64,000 bases of DNA from Clostridia bacterium (GCA_017550625.1 JAFZOL010000039.1:23211-87210); one strand, 5' to 3'; numbered from the stretch's first letter, positions 27,078 to 37,459 are shown. The notes: generated by a model from the letters alone, not told the origin. Translations and numbers: made by a program.

Positions 27078-28520
27078 TTAATACGCGACGCCCCACATCA
27101 CCATGTGCTTCGCGGGTTTGCCGCAGCACACGCAGACGTCGGAAAGCTGCTCCTGCGCGAAGGGGATGCAGCGCGAGCCGACGCCCGTGAGCTCCTTGAC
27201 CTTGTCTTCGCATGCCTCTTCGCCGCACCACATGGCCTCGACGAAGCCGTCGCCGTGCGCGGAAAGGTTTTCTTTGATCTCGTCGATCGACGTGCAGCGG
27301 TAGGTGCGGTTCTCCATGTTGGCCTTTGCCTTGTCGTAAAGGCCCTGACCGACGGCGTCGAGCAGACGCGCGACTTCGTTTTCGAGGTCGTCGAGCGACA
27401 CGAAAGTCTTTTCGCGGTTGTCGCGGCGCACGAGCACGCACTGGTTGTTTTCGATATCCTTGGGGCCGATCTCGAGACGGAGCGGCACGCCCTTCATCTC
27501 GTATTCGGAGAACTTCCAGCCCGGGGAGTTATCGGAGTAATCGGCCTTCACGCGGAAGCACTTTTTAAGGCGAGAAACAAGCTCTTCGGCCTTTTCGCGC
27601 ACGCCGGGCTTATGCATGGCGATGGGGATCACGACGACCTGCGTCGGCGCGACCTTCGGCGGGAGCACGAGGCCGTTGTTGTCGCCGTGCGACATGATGA
27701 TTGCGCCGATGAGGCGCGTGGTGACGCCCCAGGAGGTCTGGTGGACGTATTGGAGCTTATTCTCGCGGTCGGCGAACTGGATGCCGAACGCGCGGGCGAA
27801 CCCATCGCCGAAATAGTGGGAGGTGCCCGCCTGCAGGGCCTTGCCGTCGTGCATCAGCGCCTCGATGGCATAGGTGGCCTCGGCGCCGGCGAACTTGTCG
27901 CTTTCGGTCTTTCTGCCCTTGACGACGGGCATGTTGAGCACGTTTTCGCAGAAATCGGCGTAGACCTCGAGCATCTGCTCGGTCTCTTTGACGGCCTCTT
28001 CGGCGGTCTCGTGGATCGTGTGCCCCTCCTGCCACAGGAACTCGCGGGTGCGAAGGAAGGGACGCGTGGTCTTCTCCCACCGCACGACCGAGCACCACTG
28101 GTTATAGAGCTTGGGCAGGTCGCGCCAGGAGTGTACGGCGTTGGCATAGTGCTCGCAGAACAGCGTTTCGCTGGTGGGGCGCACGCACAGCCTCTCCTGC
28201 AGCGGCTCGCTGCCGCCGTGGGTGACCCACGCCACCTCGGGCGCGAAGCCCTCGACGTGGTCCTTTTCTTTCTGCAGAAGGGATTCGGGGATGAACATCG
28301 GCATGTAGACGTTCTCGTGGCCGAGCTCTTTGAAGCGCTCGTCGAGCTGCTTCTGGATGAGCTCCCAGATCGCGTAGCCGTAGGGCTTGATGACCATGCA
28401 GCCCTTGACGCCGGAGTAGTCCACGAGGTCGGCCTTGATGACGACGTCGGTATACCACTTGGCGAAATCCTCTTCCATCGAGGTGATGGCGTCCACCATT
28501 TTTTTGTTATTGTCAGCCAT
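27078..28520 (-). CDS. proS: prolyl-tRNA synthetase (archaeal/eukaryote-like short type)
   Basis: [53 protein letters not shown]...[23 protein letters not shown]...C-terminal zinc-binding CVCCG. ATG at 28520; the track start at 28544 is a TTG. Confidence 0.92.
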   Translation of the reverse strand: MADNNKKMVDAITSMEEDFAKWYTDVVIKADLVDYSGVKGCMVIKPYGYAIWELIQKQLDERFKELGHENVYMPMFIPESLLQKEKDHVEGFAPEVAWVTHGGSEPLQERLCVRPTSETLFCEHYANAVHSWRDLPKLYNQWCSVVRWEKTTRPFLRTREFLWQEGHTIHETAEEAVKETEQMLEVYADFCENVLNMPVVKGRKTESDKFAGAEATYAIEALMHDGKALQAGTSHYFGDGFARAFGIQFADRENKLQYVHQTSWGVTTRLIGAIIMSHGDNNGLVLPPKVAPTQVVVIPIAMHKPGVREKAEELVSRLKKCFRVKADYSDNSPGWKFSEYEMKGVPLRLEIGPKDIENNQCVLVRRDNREKTFVSLDDLENEVARLLDAVGQGLYDKAKANMENRTYRCTSIDEIKENLSAHGDGFVEAMWCGEEACEDKVKELTGVGSRCIPFAQEQLSDVCVCCGKPAKHMVMWGVAY

Positions 28521-28548
28521 AGGAAAAACCTCTCTATAAACCAAAAAC

Positions 28549-28845
28549 GGGGATACAAGGCGCCCTCACTTAGGGATTTATATGCCGCAGCGGCGCACTT
28601 ATTTGTGAAATACTTCGTTGCAGGGGTCGGATATCCGTCAGGATCATCCGACCCCTGCGCCTTGTCTTTCGCAAAAACTGCATCCGCTGCGGTGCGATGC
28701 AGTTTTCTCGCCGGCTATTTTTTGTTCGAACAATCTGAACGGCAGGGGATAATCCTGGCGGATATCCCCTGCCGGGCAGGCAGTTCGGGCGGAAAAGAGC
28801 GGCGAAAAACCATGTAAATCCCTAAGTGAGGGCGCCTAAATCCCC
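28549..28845 (-). repeat. nested inverted-repeat mosaic element (long copy) between ftsZ and proS
   Basis: Terminal inverted repeats at 28549-28580 and 28815-28845 share a 22-nt perfect core (GGCGCCCTCACTTAGGGATTTA) plus GGGGAT. Three perfect internal hairpins lie at 28620-28658 (13 bp), 28678-28702 (7 bp, A5/T4 flanks) and 28741-28773 (11 bp). The ends are homologous to 43588-43671 in reverse orientation. Confidence 0.85.
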
Positions 28846-28862
28846 GTGATATTGGTTTTTGC

Positions 28863-29951
28863 TTATTTGTTCTTGAACATATTGAAGATATCGGAGATAT
28901 CGTCGTCGAGCGAATTTTCTTCTTTCTGGGGCTTGGCCTGAGGCATCTGGACGATGACCGGCTCTTCCTTCTTCTCCTGCGGGCGGGGGTTGTTGCTGGT
29001 GCCGAAGCCCGTGGCGATGACGGTGACGACGATCTCGTCGTCGAGCTGCGGATCGGTGGTGACGCCGAAGATGATGTTCGCGTCGTCGGACGCGGCGTTC
29101 TTCACGATCGTGGCGGCGGTGTCGACGTCGTCCAGCGTGATGTCGGCGGAGCCGGCGATCAGGATGATCACGCCCTTGGCGCCCTGGATGGTGGTCTCAA
29201 GCAGCGGGCTGGAGATCGCGGCGTTGGCGGCAGCCTCGGCCTTTTCTTTGCCCTGCGCTCTGCCCACGCCCATATGCGCGTGGCCCGCGTCCTTCATGAC
29301 GGAGGTGACGTCGGCGAAGTCGAGGTTGATGATGCCGGGGATCTTGATGAGCTCGGCGATCGACTTGACGCCCTGACGGAGCACGTCGTCGGCGACCGAG
29401 AAAGCGTTGAGCAGGGTGATCTTTTGATCGGAGACGAGCTTCAGACGCTCGTTCGGGATCACGATGAGGCTGTCGACGTGCTGGGCGAGCTCGGCGATGC
29501 CGGCCTCGGCCTGCTGCATGCGGCGCTTGCCCTCGAACTCGAAGGGCTTGGACACGATGCCCACGGTAAGGATGCCCTTATCTTTGGCGAGCTGCGCGAT
29601 CACGGGAGCCGCGCCCGTGCCGGTGCCGCCGCCCATGCCGGCGGTGATGAACACCATGTCGGTGCCCTGCAGCACTTCGTTGATGACCTCGAGGCTCTCT
29701 TCGGCGGCGCGCTTGCCGATGGCGGGATCGCCGCCGGCGCCCTGCCCGAAGGTGGCCTTTTCGCCGATCTGGATCTTGGTGGGGGCCTTGGACCCGATCA
29801 GGATCTGCTTATCGGTGTTCACGGCGATGAACTCAACGCCCTGCACGCCCGAATCGACCATGCGGTTGACGGCGTTTCCGCCGCCGCCGCCCACGCCGAC
29901 GACTTTGATCTGGGTCACAAGATCATATTCAGTAGACATTTCAAATCCCAT
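28863..29951 (-). CDS. ftsZ: cell division protein FtsZ
   Basis: [51 protein letters not shown] at 7 nt. Confidence 0.96.
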   Translation of the reverse strand: MGFEMSTEYDLVTQIKVVGVGGGGGNAVNRMVDSGVQGVEFIAVNTDKQILIGSKAPTKIQIGEKATFGQGAGGDPAIGKRAAEESLEVINEVLQGTDMVFITAGMGGGTGTGAAPVIAQLAKDKGILTVGIVSKPFEFEGKRRMQQAEAGIAELAQHVDSLIVIPNERLKLVSDQKITLLNAFSVADDVLRQGVKSIAELIKIPGIINLDFADVTSVMKDAGHAHMGVGRAQGKEKAEAAANAAISSPLLETTIQGAKGVIILIAGSADITLDDVDTAATIVKNAASDDANIIFGVTTDPQLDDEIVVTVIATGFGTSNNPRPQEKKEEPVIVQMPQAKPQKEENSLDDDISDIFNMFKNK

Positions 29952-30091
29952 ATTTTTATCCTCCGAACCGATATTTTACGTATTTTATTTGATTGTCCCG
30001 TTTAGTTTATCACACATTATACGAAATTTCAAGTATAAAATAGATATTTATTTTTCTTTTTCAGCGCGGGAGCGGCGCCCGGCGGTTTTCT

Positions 30092-31153
30092 TTACCAGTC
30101 CTCGTCCTCGTCTTCGTCGTCATAGTCGTAATCGTAGTCGTCATCATAATCGTAATCGTAATCGTCATCGTCGTAGTCGTAGTCATAATCGTAGTCGTCA
30201 TCGTAATCGTCGTCCGCGCCGTCTTCGCCGGTCTGTTCGCCGTTTTCGGCCGCCTCGTAGGAGGCGCGCTCCTCAGGCGTGAGCGACTCGAGGAATTTCG
30301 CCCTTCGCGCGGCCTCTTTCGAGGCTTCGATCGCGTTCTGGCTGCGCACGATGGCCTTGTTGCCGTAGGTGAGGTCCACGACCTGCTTGGGGGCGTTGGC
30401 GCCGTTCTTTTTGAGCACGTCTTCGATCGTGGCCCTGCCGAAATCGAGCTTATCTTTGATCTTCGAAAGGCTGCCGAAGCGGACGTTGATGAAGAAGTTC
30501 ACCTCCACCACAACGTCGGTCAGGTCGTTGAGGTCGTAGGCCGTGACGTTCGTGAAGCCGTGCGCCTCGAACGCCGACACGAGATCGGTGAGGTGGCCGA
30601 GGAACTCGTCGTCCTCGAAGCTTACAGTCTGGCCGGGTACGGCCTCGGTGACGTTGGAGCCGTAGACGACGGCCGTGTAGTCCGCGATGCGCGAAACGCC
30701 CGTCTGCAGCACCTTGCCCTCGGAATTGAGCAGCACGTAGCCGCCGCCGGTCTCGACCGCGAGGGTGGCCTTCGTGTATTCCACCGTGATGACGACTTCG
30801 TCGGGGATGTGGCGTTTGACGGTCACCTTGCCGATATAGGGCAGCGCCTTTTTGATGCGAGCCGCGACAGCGTCGCCGTTGAGGAGCAGCAGGCTTTCGT
30901 CCTCCTTGATCCCGGCGGCGGCCTCGATCTCGGCGTTCGAATAGCGGATCGCCTCGTTCACGACGGTGACCTTTTTCGCCTTGAAGAAGAAAATGGAAAA
31001 CACCGCCCCGATGATCAGGATGAGGAGCATGAGCAGCAGGCCGAGCCGGATCTCGGCACGGCGTTTTTTCTGCTTGCGGCGGTCGGCGCCGCTTTTCATG
31101 CGTTCGGTTTTCGTGCGCTCGACGTTATTATCGTTTTTCTTTTCCCGTTTCAT
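30092..31153 (-). CDS. ftsQ: FtsQ/DivIB-type cell division protein (POTRA) with acidic Asp/Tyr tail
   Basis: Basic N-terminus, one TM helix, then the POTRA-like KKVTVVNEAIRYSNAEIEAAAGIKEDESLLLLNGDAVAARIKKALPYIGKVTVKRHIPDEVVITV. Positioned between murA and ftsZ. Confidence 0.8.
   Translation of the reverse strand: MKREKKNDNNVERTKTERMKSGADRRKQKKRRAEIRLGLLLMLLILIIGAVFSIFFFKAKKVTVVNEAIRYSNAEIEAAAGIKEDESLLLLNGDAVAARIKKALPYIGKVTVKRHIPDEVVITVEYTKATLAVETGGGYVLLNSEGKVLQTGVSRIADYTAVVYGSNVTEAVPGQTVSFEDDEFLGHLTDLVSAFEAHGFTNVTAYDLNDLTDVVVEVNFFINVRFGSLSKIKDKLDFGRATIEDVLKKNGANAPKQVVDLTYGNKAIVRSQNAIEASKEAARRAKFLESLTPEERASYEAAENGEQTGEDGADDDYDDDYDYDYDYDDDDYDYDYDDDYDYDYDDEDEDEDW
30095..30217 (-). repeat. coding microsatellite-like GAY/TAY repeat (DDDYDDDYDYDYDYDDDDYDYDYDDDYDYDYDDEDEDEDW)
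   Basis: Direct reading of gtcgta/gtcata hexamer runs at the 3' end of ftsQ. Confidence 0.9.
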
Positions 31154-32410
31154 TCAGTCCATCCTTCTGATATCGGCCCCGAGGGCGCCGAGCGTTGTTT
31201 CAATGTGTTCATAGCCTCTGTCGATGAGGCGCGCGCCGGAAACGCGGCTCTCCCCTGCCGCCGCAAGCGCGGCGAGCACGAGGGCCGCCCCGCCCCTGAG
31301 GTCGGGCGATTCGGCGCACGCGGGATGATACCGATCCACCCCTTCGATCACGGCGGTGCGCGCGTCGGTGCGGATCTTCGCGCCGAAGCGCGTGAGCTCC
31401 GCGACGTATTTATAGCGGCTTTCGAAGATCGTTTCGATCATCACGGACGTGCCTTTGCTGAGGCCCAGCATCGCCGTGAACGGCGCCTGGATATCGGTGG
31501 GAAAGCCGGGGTAAGGCATCGTGCGCACGGTTCCGACGGAAGTCGGGCGTTTCGCCGCGGTGACGGCGACGCTCGTTTCGTCGGTCAGTATCCTGCAGCC
31601 GGTGCGCTCAAGCAGCTCCGGCACGGGACCGAGGTGCCCCGGGATGAGGTCGGTGACCCGCACGCTCCCGCCCGTGATCGCGCCCGCGAGCAAGAAAGTG
31701 GCGGCGGCGATGCGGTCGGGGATGATCTTATGGCGGGTCGGCCGCAGACGCGTAACGCCGCGGATACGGACCGAGGAGCCGCCCGCGCCGCGCACGTCGG
31801 CGCCCATGGCGTTGAGAAAATCGGCGAGATCGCTGATCTCGGGTTCGCGCGCCGCGTTTTCGATGTTCGTTTCGCCCTTGGCGAGCACGGCCGCGAGCAT
31901 GGCGTTTTCGGTCGCGCCGACGCTCGGGAACGAGAGGTGGAGCGTGGCGCCCGTAAGCCCCGACGGGGCTTCGCAGCGGATGACGCCCGCCTCGTGCGTG
32001 ATTTTGGCTCCGAGGCGTTCGATGGCGTAGAGATGCAGATCGACGGGCCTTTGCCCGATCTCGCACCCACCGGGCGCCGAGATCTCGGCACGGCCGGTGC
32101 GCGACAGCAGCGCACCGAGGAAGATGAAGGACGAGCGCATCTCGCGCATCAATTCTTCTGGCACGGCGCCTGCAATTTCGCCGCCGGCGTCGACGCTCAG
32201 TTCGTTTCCGCGCAGGGTGCAAATTGCGCCGAGGTGCCTGAGGATCCGGACGCTGCTTTCGACGTCCGCGATCGCGGGCACGCCTTCGATCACCGTTTCG
32301 CCGGGCACGAGCAGGCTCGCGGCCAGCACCGGCAGGGCGCTGTTTTTCGCGCCGGGACATCTGAGCTCCCCGTAAAGCGGCCTGCCGCCGCGGATGAGCA
32401 ACGTGTTCAT
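31154..32410 (-). CDS. murA: UDP-N-acetylglucosamine 1-carboxyvinyltransferase
   Basis: MNTLLIRGGRPLYGELRCPGAKNSALPVLAASLL...GGCEIGQRPVDLH...DLRGGAALVLAALAA. ATG at 32410; the track start at 32458 is an extension. Confidence 0.92.
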   Translation of the reverse strand: MNTLLIRGGRPLYGELRCPGAKNSALPVLAASLLVPGETVIEGVPAIADVESSVRILRHLGAICTLRGNELSVDAGGEIAGAVPEELMREMRSSFIFLGALLSRTGRAEISAPGGCEIGQRPVDLHLYAIERLGAKITHEAGVIRCEAPSGLTGATLHLSFPSVGATENAMLAAVLAKGETNIENAAREPEISDLADFLNAMGADVRGAGGSSVRIRGVTRLRPTRHKIIPDRIAAATFLLAGAITGGSVRVTDLIPGHLGPVPELLERTGCRILTDETSVAVTAAKRPTSVGTVRTMPYPGFPTDIQAPFTAMLGLSKGTSVMIETIFESRYKYVAELTRFGAKIRTDARTAVIEGVDRYHPACAESPDLRGGAALVLAALAAAGESRVSGARLIDRGYEHIETTLGALGADIRRMD

Positions 32411-32471
32411 TCGATCAGCCCTTTCATAGCGTTCGGTGTATTCTATGAAAGGGGGCAAGGCCGGGTGAAAG

Positions 32472-33581
32472 TCAGATCAGCGCGAGGATTTGTTCGAGGA
32501 TACGCTCTTTGGCGTCGGTGACCGCCATGTTGCGCGCGTTCAGTCCGATCGTTCTGAAGCGGGCGGGGTCGTTCAGGAGGTCCCGCACGATGCCGATCAG
32601 GGTGTCGGGCTTCAGGTCCTTCTGCTCGATCACGATCGCGGCGTTCTGCTCCGCGAGCGCCATGGCGTTGTGGTATTGGTGGTTTTCGGACACGTAGGGC
32701 GACGGGATCAGCACGCTTGCCTTGCCGAGCGCCTGGATCTCGGCGAGCGACGACGCGCCCGCGCGGCTGATCACGAGGTCGGCGGCGGCCATGCATTCCG
32801 CCATGTCGTAGATATATTCGCTCACGCGGCGTTTCTCCGTCACGAGCGCGAGGCCTTTTTCTTTGAGGAGGTCGGGCACAAAGGTGCCGAGCTGCCCGTA
32901 GCCGTGGATGAAATAAACGTTTTCGGTTTCGAACGCGGGCATCAGCTCGCACATGGCGCGGTTGATGCTCTCGGCGCCGAGCGACCCGCCGGTGGCGAGC
33001 ACCACGGGCATGCCGGCGGGGATGCCGAGCTTTTGACGCGCCTCTTCCCTGTCCGCAGCCATCAGCTCGGCGCGCACCGGCAGGCCGGTGAGCACGGGCT
33101 CGCGTTTGGCTTTCAGGCGCGGGGCGGCGTTCATCGAGGTGAGCATCACGGCGTCGGCGTATTTCGACAGGGCGATGTTCGTTTTGCCCGGGAAGGCGTT
33201 CTGCTCGTGGATCGCGGTCTTGATGCCCATCTTGTGCGCGGTACGCACCACGGGGCCGCTGACGTAGCCGCCGAAGCCGACCACGACGTCGGGCTTGAAT
33301 TCCTTCAGGATCTTCTTGCACTGGCCCGTGACGAACAGCAGCTTTTTGAGCGTGCCGAGGTTATAAATGACGTTGCGGGGCGTGAACGAGCGCTGGAAGC
33401 CGCTGATCTCGATGGAGGCGAAATCAAAGCCCGCCTTCGGCACCAAAGTGGATTCCATTTTGTCCTTCGTACCGATGAACAGGATCGAAGCGTCCGGATA
33501 CCGGCTTTTGAGCAGGCCCGCCACCGACAGCGCGGGGTTGATGTGCCCGCCGGTGCCGCCCGCCGCGAATACGACGCGCAT
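32472..33581 (-). CDS. murG: undecaprenyldiphospho-muramoylpentapeptide beta-N-acetylglucosaminyltransferase
   Basis: MRVVFAAGGTGGHINPALSVA... RBS AGGAGG. The track ORF continues upstream to 34190 only as an out-of-frame overlap with ftsW. Confidence 0.92.
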   Translation of the reverse strand: MRVVFAAGGTGGHINPALSVAGLLKSRYPDASILFIGTKDKMESTLVPKAGFDFASIEISGFQRSFTPRNVIYNLGTLKKLLFVTGQCKKILKEFKPDVVVGFGGYVSGPVVRTAHKMGIKTAIHEQNAFPGKTNIALSKYADAVMLTSMNAAPRLKAKREPVLTGLPVRAELMAADREEARQKLGIPAGMPVVLATGGSLGAESINRAMCELMPAFETENVYFIHGYGQLGTFVPDLLKEKGLALVTEKRRVSEYIYDMAECMAAADLVISRAGASSLAEIQALGKASVLIPSPYVSENHQYHNAMALAEQNAAIVIEQKDLKPDTLIGIVRDLLNDPARFRTIGLNARNMAVTDAKERILEQILALI

Positions 33582-33586
33582 AATCG

Positions 33587-34810
33587 TTACCTCCTGATTT
33601 TTGACCGTCTTGAAATGCTGAGCACGAAGCCCATTTCCGCGAGGTTCACGAGCATGGCCGTGCCGCCGTAAGAGAAGAACGGGAACGGGATGCCCGTGTT
33701 CGGGATCGAGTCGGTGGCGACCAGGATGTTCAATACGACCTGGATGCCGACCTGGAACACCACGCCCATGGCGACCAAAGCTCCGTAGCGGTCGGGGCAG
33801 TTGATGCCGATCACGACGCCGCGCCAGATGAGCAGGCCGAACAGGATGAGGATGATGCCCGCGCCAACGACGCCGATCTCTTCGACCACGATCGAGAAGA
33901 TCATGTCGTTCTGCGGCTCGGACACGTAAAGGTGCTTGAGCGTGGACTGGCCGATGCCCTTGCCGAAGAGCCCGCCGGAGCCGATGGCGTAGAGCGCCTG
34001 GTTGACCTGCCAGCGCGCGCCGAGCGGATCGTAATCTTTGTTCTGCCACGCGTAGATGCGGTCCTGCATGTAGCCCTTGAGCAGGTCGGTGTTGAACACG
34101 ATGAAGATCACGAGCGCCGCCGCGAGGATGCCGGCGACGAACCATTTGCCGCGCACCTCGCCGAGATAGAGCATCACGACGCCGATGCAAACGATCAGGA
34201 TCGTGCCGGACAGATGGCTGCCTGCGATCACGAGGCCCGCGTAGATGACGATCACCATTCCCATGAGCAGGATCGCGCGCACGGAGTAGTTAAGAACGGG
34301 TTTGTTGAAGGTCTCGTTGACTTTACGCGCGATGTTGCTCTGTAAAGGTTTTTTGTTTACAATCGCTTCGTGGTATTTATCGAGCATACAGGCGAGCGTG
34401 AGGATCAGCGCGAACTTCGCGAGGTCCGACGGCTGGAACTGGAAACTGCCGATATAGATGTGCCGGTGCGTGCCGTTGTGCGCCGGCATGATGAGCGCCA
34501 CGCCGAGCAGCAGCCACGACACCGCCGTGCCGCCGAGGGCGAAGAGCACCTCGAACGTCTTGTAATTGATGCGCGAGATCACGTACATGACCGCGATGCC
34601 GAGCAAAACCCAGATAAACTGGCGTTTGAAATAAAACGCCGAGTCGTGGTTCTTCGTATACTGATAGGCGTAAACGTAGCTCGCGGAATAGAGCATGATG
34701 AGACCGATCACGAGGATCGCCATCAGAAACGCGAAAAAGAGGATGTCGATGCCGCCGTCCACGTTGAATACTTTGCGGATCTGTTTCGCGATGCCTTTTT
34801 TTTGTGCCAT
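33587..34810 (-). CDS. ftsW: FtsW/RodA/SpoVE-family peptidoglycan glycosyltransferase
   Basis: A protein of about ten TM helices with the SEDS C-terminal signature PNTGIPFPFFSYGGTAM. Confidence 0.9.
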   Translation of the reverse strand: MAQKKGIAKQIRKVFNVDGGIDILFFAFLMAILVIGLIMLYSASYVYAYQYTKNHDSAFYFKRQFIWVLLGIAVMYVISRINYKTFEVLFALGGTAVSWLLLGVALIMPAHNGTHRHIYIGSFQFQPSDLAKFALILTLACMLDKYHEAIVNKKPLQSNIARKVNETFNKPVLNYSVRAILLMGMVIVIYAGLVIAGSHLSGTILIVCIGVVMLYLGEVRGKWFVAGILAAALVIFIVFNTDLLKGYMQDRIYAWQNKDYDPLGARWQVNQALYAIGSGGLFGKGIGQSTLKHLYVSEPQNDMIFSIVVEEIGVVGAGIILILFGLLIWRGVVIGINCPDRYGALVAMGVVFQVGIQVVLNILVATDSIPNTGIPFPFFSYGGTAMLVNLAEMGFVLSISRRSKIRR

Positions 34811-34851
34811 GGGTGCTTCCTCCGAGGGTCAGATGTGTAAAGGGAACGGCT

Positions 34852-35889
34852 TTACGTTAAATGCGGCTGCCCGAAATAAAACAGGGCGACGGCGGCGGCT
34901 GCGCCGAGCAGGGTGACGAGCGAAAACACGACGCAGAGCTTCTTTTCGCTCCAGCCGCCGAGCTCGTAATGGTGGTGGATGGGCGCCATGCGGAACAGTT
35001 TTTTGCCGTGATGGGTCTTGATATAGATAATCTGCAGCACGTCGGAGCCGAACTCCGCCACGTAGATCACGCCGATCAGCAAGATCGCCCAGGGGGCGTC
35101 GAGGGCGTAGGCCATGGTGCATACCATGCCGCCGAGGAAGAGGGAGCCGACGTCCCCCATCATGACCTTGGCGGGGTTCCAGTTCCACATGAGGTAGCCC
35201 GCCAGCGCGCCGAATTGAGCGGCGGCAACGATGCTGACGCCCGTGAACTTATAGATCGCGGCGGACACCGCGAAGCCGACGCAGATGACGCTTGTGACGC
35301 TGGCGCAAAGGCCGTCGGCCCCGTCGAGGAAGTTCGCGGCGTTGACCGTGCAGTAGATCGCGATCACGCCGACGACCCAGAAGACGATGCGGCTGTTGAA
35401 CACGCCGTTATAATACGGGATGAACATGGAAGTATCCTGAAACGACACCGAGGTGAGAAAGCCGGCGATGCAAAGCAGCTGCAGCACGGTCTTCTGGAGC
35501 TCGGTGAGGCCGAGGTTGCGCTTTTTGACGACCTTGATGTAGTCGTCGATGAAACCGATGAGGGCGAAGCCGAGGCTCATGAGAAGGCCCGCGAAGATCT
35601 TCACGTATCTCGCGTTGCGCTTTATGTCGTCCGCTTCGGCGATGAGGTCGGCGCCTCTGAAATGCGCCGTGAGGAGCGTTGCCGCGAGCGCGACCGCGAA
35701 GCCCGTGATGATCAGCACGCCGCCCATGGTGGGCGTGCCCTGCTTCTTTTTATGCCACGAGGGGCCGATATCGAGGATCGTCTGCCCGAAATGGAGCTTT
35801 CTCAGCCACGGGATCACGACGAAGCCAAGCAGGTAAGAGACCGCGAAGCCGATCGAAACGCTCATCACGATTGCCACCCAGAGTTTCAT
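34852..35889 (-). CDS. mraY: phospho-N-acetylmuramoyl-pentapeptide transferase
   Basis: HKKKQGTPTMGGVLI, NAANFLDGADGL, GDVGSLFLGG, APIHHHYE. Confidence 0.95.
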   Translation of the reverse strand: MKLWVAIVMSVSIGFAVSYLLGFVVIPWLRKLHFGQTILDIGPSWHKKKQGTPTMGGVLIITGFAVALAATLLTAHFRGADLIAEADDIKRNARYVKIFAGLLMSLGFALIGFIDDYIKVVKKRNLGLTELQKTVLQLLCIAGFLTSVSFQDTSMFIPYYNGVFNSRIVFWVVGVIAIYCTVNAANFLDGADGLCASVTSVICVGFAVSAAIYKFTGVSIVAAAQFGALAGYLMWNWNPAKVMMGDVGSLFLGGMVCTMAYALDAPWAILLIGVIYVAEFGSDVLQIIYIKTHHGKKLFRMAPIHHHYELGGWSEKKLCVVFSLVTLLGAAAAVALFYFGQPHLT

Positions 35890-35990
35890 GCCATCAAATC
35901 CTTTCTCATATGCCCGCTAAGGGGCGGAAAACGCGGCGCGCCGCGTGTCAGTCTAATATTTTTATACCATTAATATATGAAACGAGCCTG

Positions 35991-37409
35991 TCAGAGCGAG
36001 CGCACGGTATCGGCGTCGGAAAAGGGGATCTCTTCGTCGCCGACGACCTGCGTTTTTTCGCTCCCCTTGCCCGCGATCAGCACCGTGTCGCCGGGGTTTG
36101 CCTTGTTAAGCGACAGCGCGATGGCGCGCCTGCGGTCCGGCTCGCGGAAGACGTTTTTCTTACTGCGGATGCCTTTGAGGATGTCCGCGATGATCGCGTC
36201 GGGATCTTCGTGCCGCGGATTGTCGGACGTGAGGATCACCGCGTCGGCGTAAAGCGCCGCGACCCTGCCCATGACCGGGCGTTTCGAGGGGTCCCTGTCC
36301 CCTCCCGCGCCGAATACGGCGATGAGCCTGCCGGTGCACGAGGGCCGGAGCGCCTGTAAGATCGCCGAGAGCGCCTCGGGCGTGTGGGCGAAGTCGACGC
36401 AAACGGTGACGCCGTTTTTGCGGAGAAGCTCGGCGCGTCCCGGCGGGGCCGGCAGGGTTTCGGTCAGCTGGACCAGCCGGTCGGGGTCCGCCCCCGCGAG
36501 CTCGCAGGCCGCGAGCGCAGCCAGGGCGTTATAGACCGAGAACATGCCCGGAGCGTTGAGCCTCGCTTTATAGGCCTTTTTGCCGTTGAAATAGAGAAAA
36601 CCGGAACCGAAGCCCTCGAAGCGGACGTTTCGCGCCGAGAAATCGCTGAGCACGGCGCGTGCGGAATAGAGATACGTTTTCGTGCCGTCCGCCCGGAACA
36701 GCGGGGCGTAGGCGTCGTCGGCGTTGACGAGCATCGTATCGCTCAGCGCCGTAAGGCGGCTCTTCGCTTCGGCGAGGCGCGCCGGCGTGCGGTGGTAATC
36801 GAGATGGTCGCCGCCGACGTTCGTGAACACACCGACCGAAAAGCGCGCGCCGTGGACCCGGTATTGGTCGAGCGCCATCGAGGACACCTCGGCCGCGCAG
36901 GCCGTATGGCCTCTGTCCGCCGCCTTTTTGAGCGCTCCGAAAAAGAGGTCCGCGCCGGGCGTGGTGAAACCCGTGGGCGAAAGCCCTTCGCCGACGTCGA
37001 CGCCCTCGGTGCCGACGTAGGCGCACCTTTCGCCGCAGGCGTTCAGGAGACTGCGGATGTACCACGCCGTGGTGGTCTTGCCGTTGGTGCCGGTGACGCC
37101 GATGAGCTTTAGGCGTCGGTCGGGCCTGCCGTTTATCACGCAGGCGAGCTTTGAATACGAGAGACGGACGTTTTCGGTGACGACCGTTTCGGGGAGCCCG
37201 AGCGGGCTTTCGGAGAGAAAGGCCGCCGCGCCCAGCCGTTTCGCTTCGTTTGCGAGCGACGTGCCGCGCGCGTTCGCGCCGTCGATACACACGAACAGAG
37301 CGCCCGGGACGACCCGTTCGAGGCGGTCGGTGACCGCTGTGATCTCGGTTTCGGTATCGGTTTCGTTCGAGGGGATACCGGCCTCGTGGAGCAAGAAACG
37401 CAGATCCAA
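35991..37409 (-). CDS. murE: UDP-N-acetylmuramoyl-L-alanyl-D-glutamate--2,6-diaminopimelate ligase
   Basis: GVTGTNGKTTTA P-loop, and the DNPR motif (TSDNPRHEDP) typical of meso-DAP-adding MurE. Confidence 0.9.
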   Translation of the reverse strand: MDLRFLLHEAGIPSNETDTETEITAVTDRLERVVPGALFVCIDGANARGTSLANEAKRLGAAAFLSESPLGLPETVVTENVRLSYSKLACVINGRPDRRLKLIGVTGTNGKTTTAWYIRSLLNACGERCAYVGTEGVDVGEGLSPTGFTTPGADLFFGALKKAADRGHTACAAEVSSMALDQYRVHGARFSVGVFTNVGGDHLDYHRTPARLAEAKSRLTALSDTMLVNADDAYAPLFRADGTKTYLYSARAVLSDFSARNVRFEGFGSGFLYFNGKKAYKARLNAPGMFSVYNALAALAACELAGADPDRLVQLTETLPAPPGRAELLRKNGVTVCVDFAHTPEALSAILQALRPSCTGRLIAVFGAGGDRDPSKRPVMGRVAALYADAVILTSDNPRHEDPDAIIADILKGIRSKKNVFREPDRRRAIALSLNKANPGDTVLIAGKGSEKTQVVGDEEIPFSDADTVRSL

Positions 37410-37459
37410 GAAAGCAACCTCCGGATTTGGATTTCTTTCTCTCTCACACCTTCATTGCT

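Noticed and set aside
26340-28817. 825-aa plus-strand ORF
   Set aside because: It is antisense to the panE-like gene and proS, and it runs through the intergenic repeat element. It is spurious.
28521-28862. Expected proline T-box leader upstream of proS
   Set aside because: No GGGUGGNACCG-type T-box sequence or specifier architecture is visible on the minus strand. The region is instead the palindromic mosaic element.
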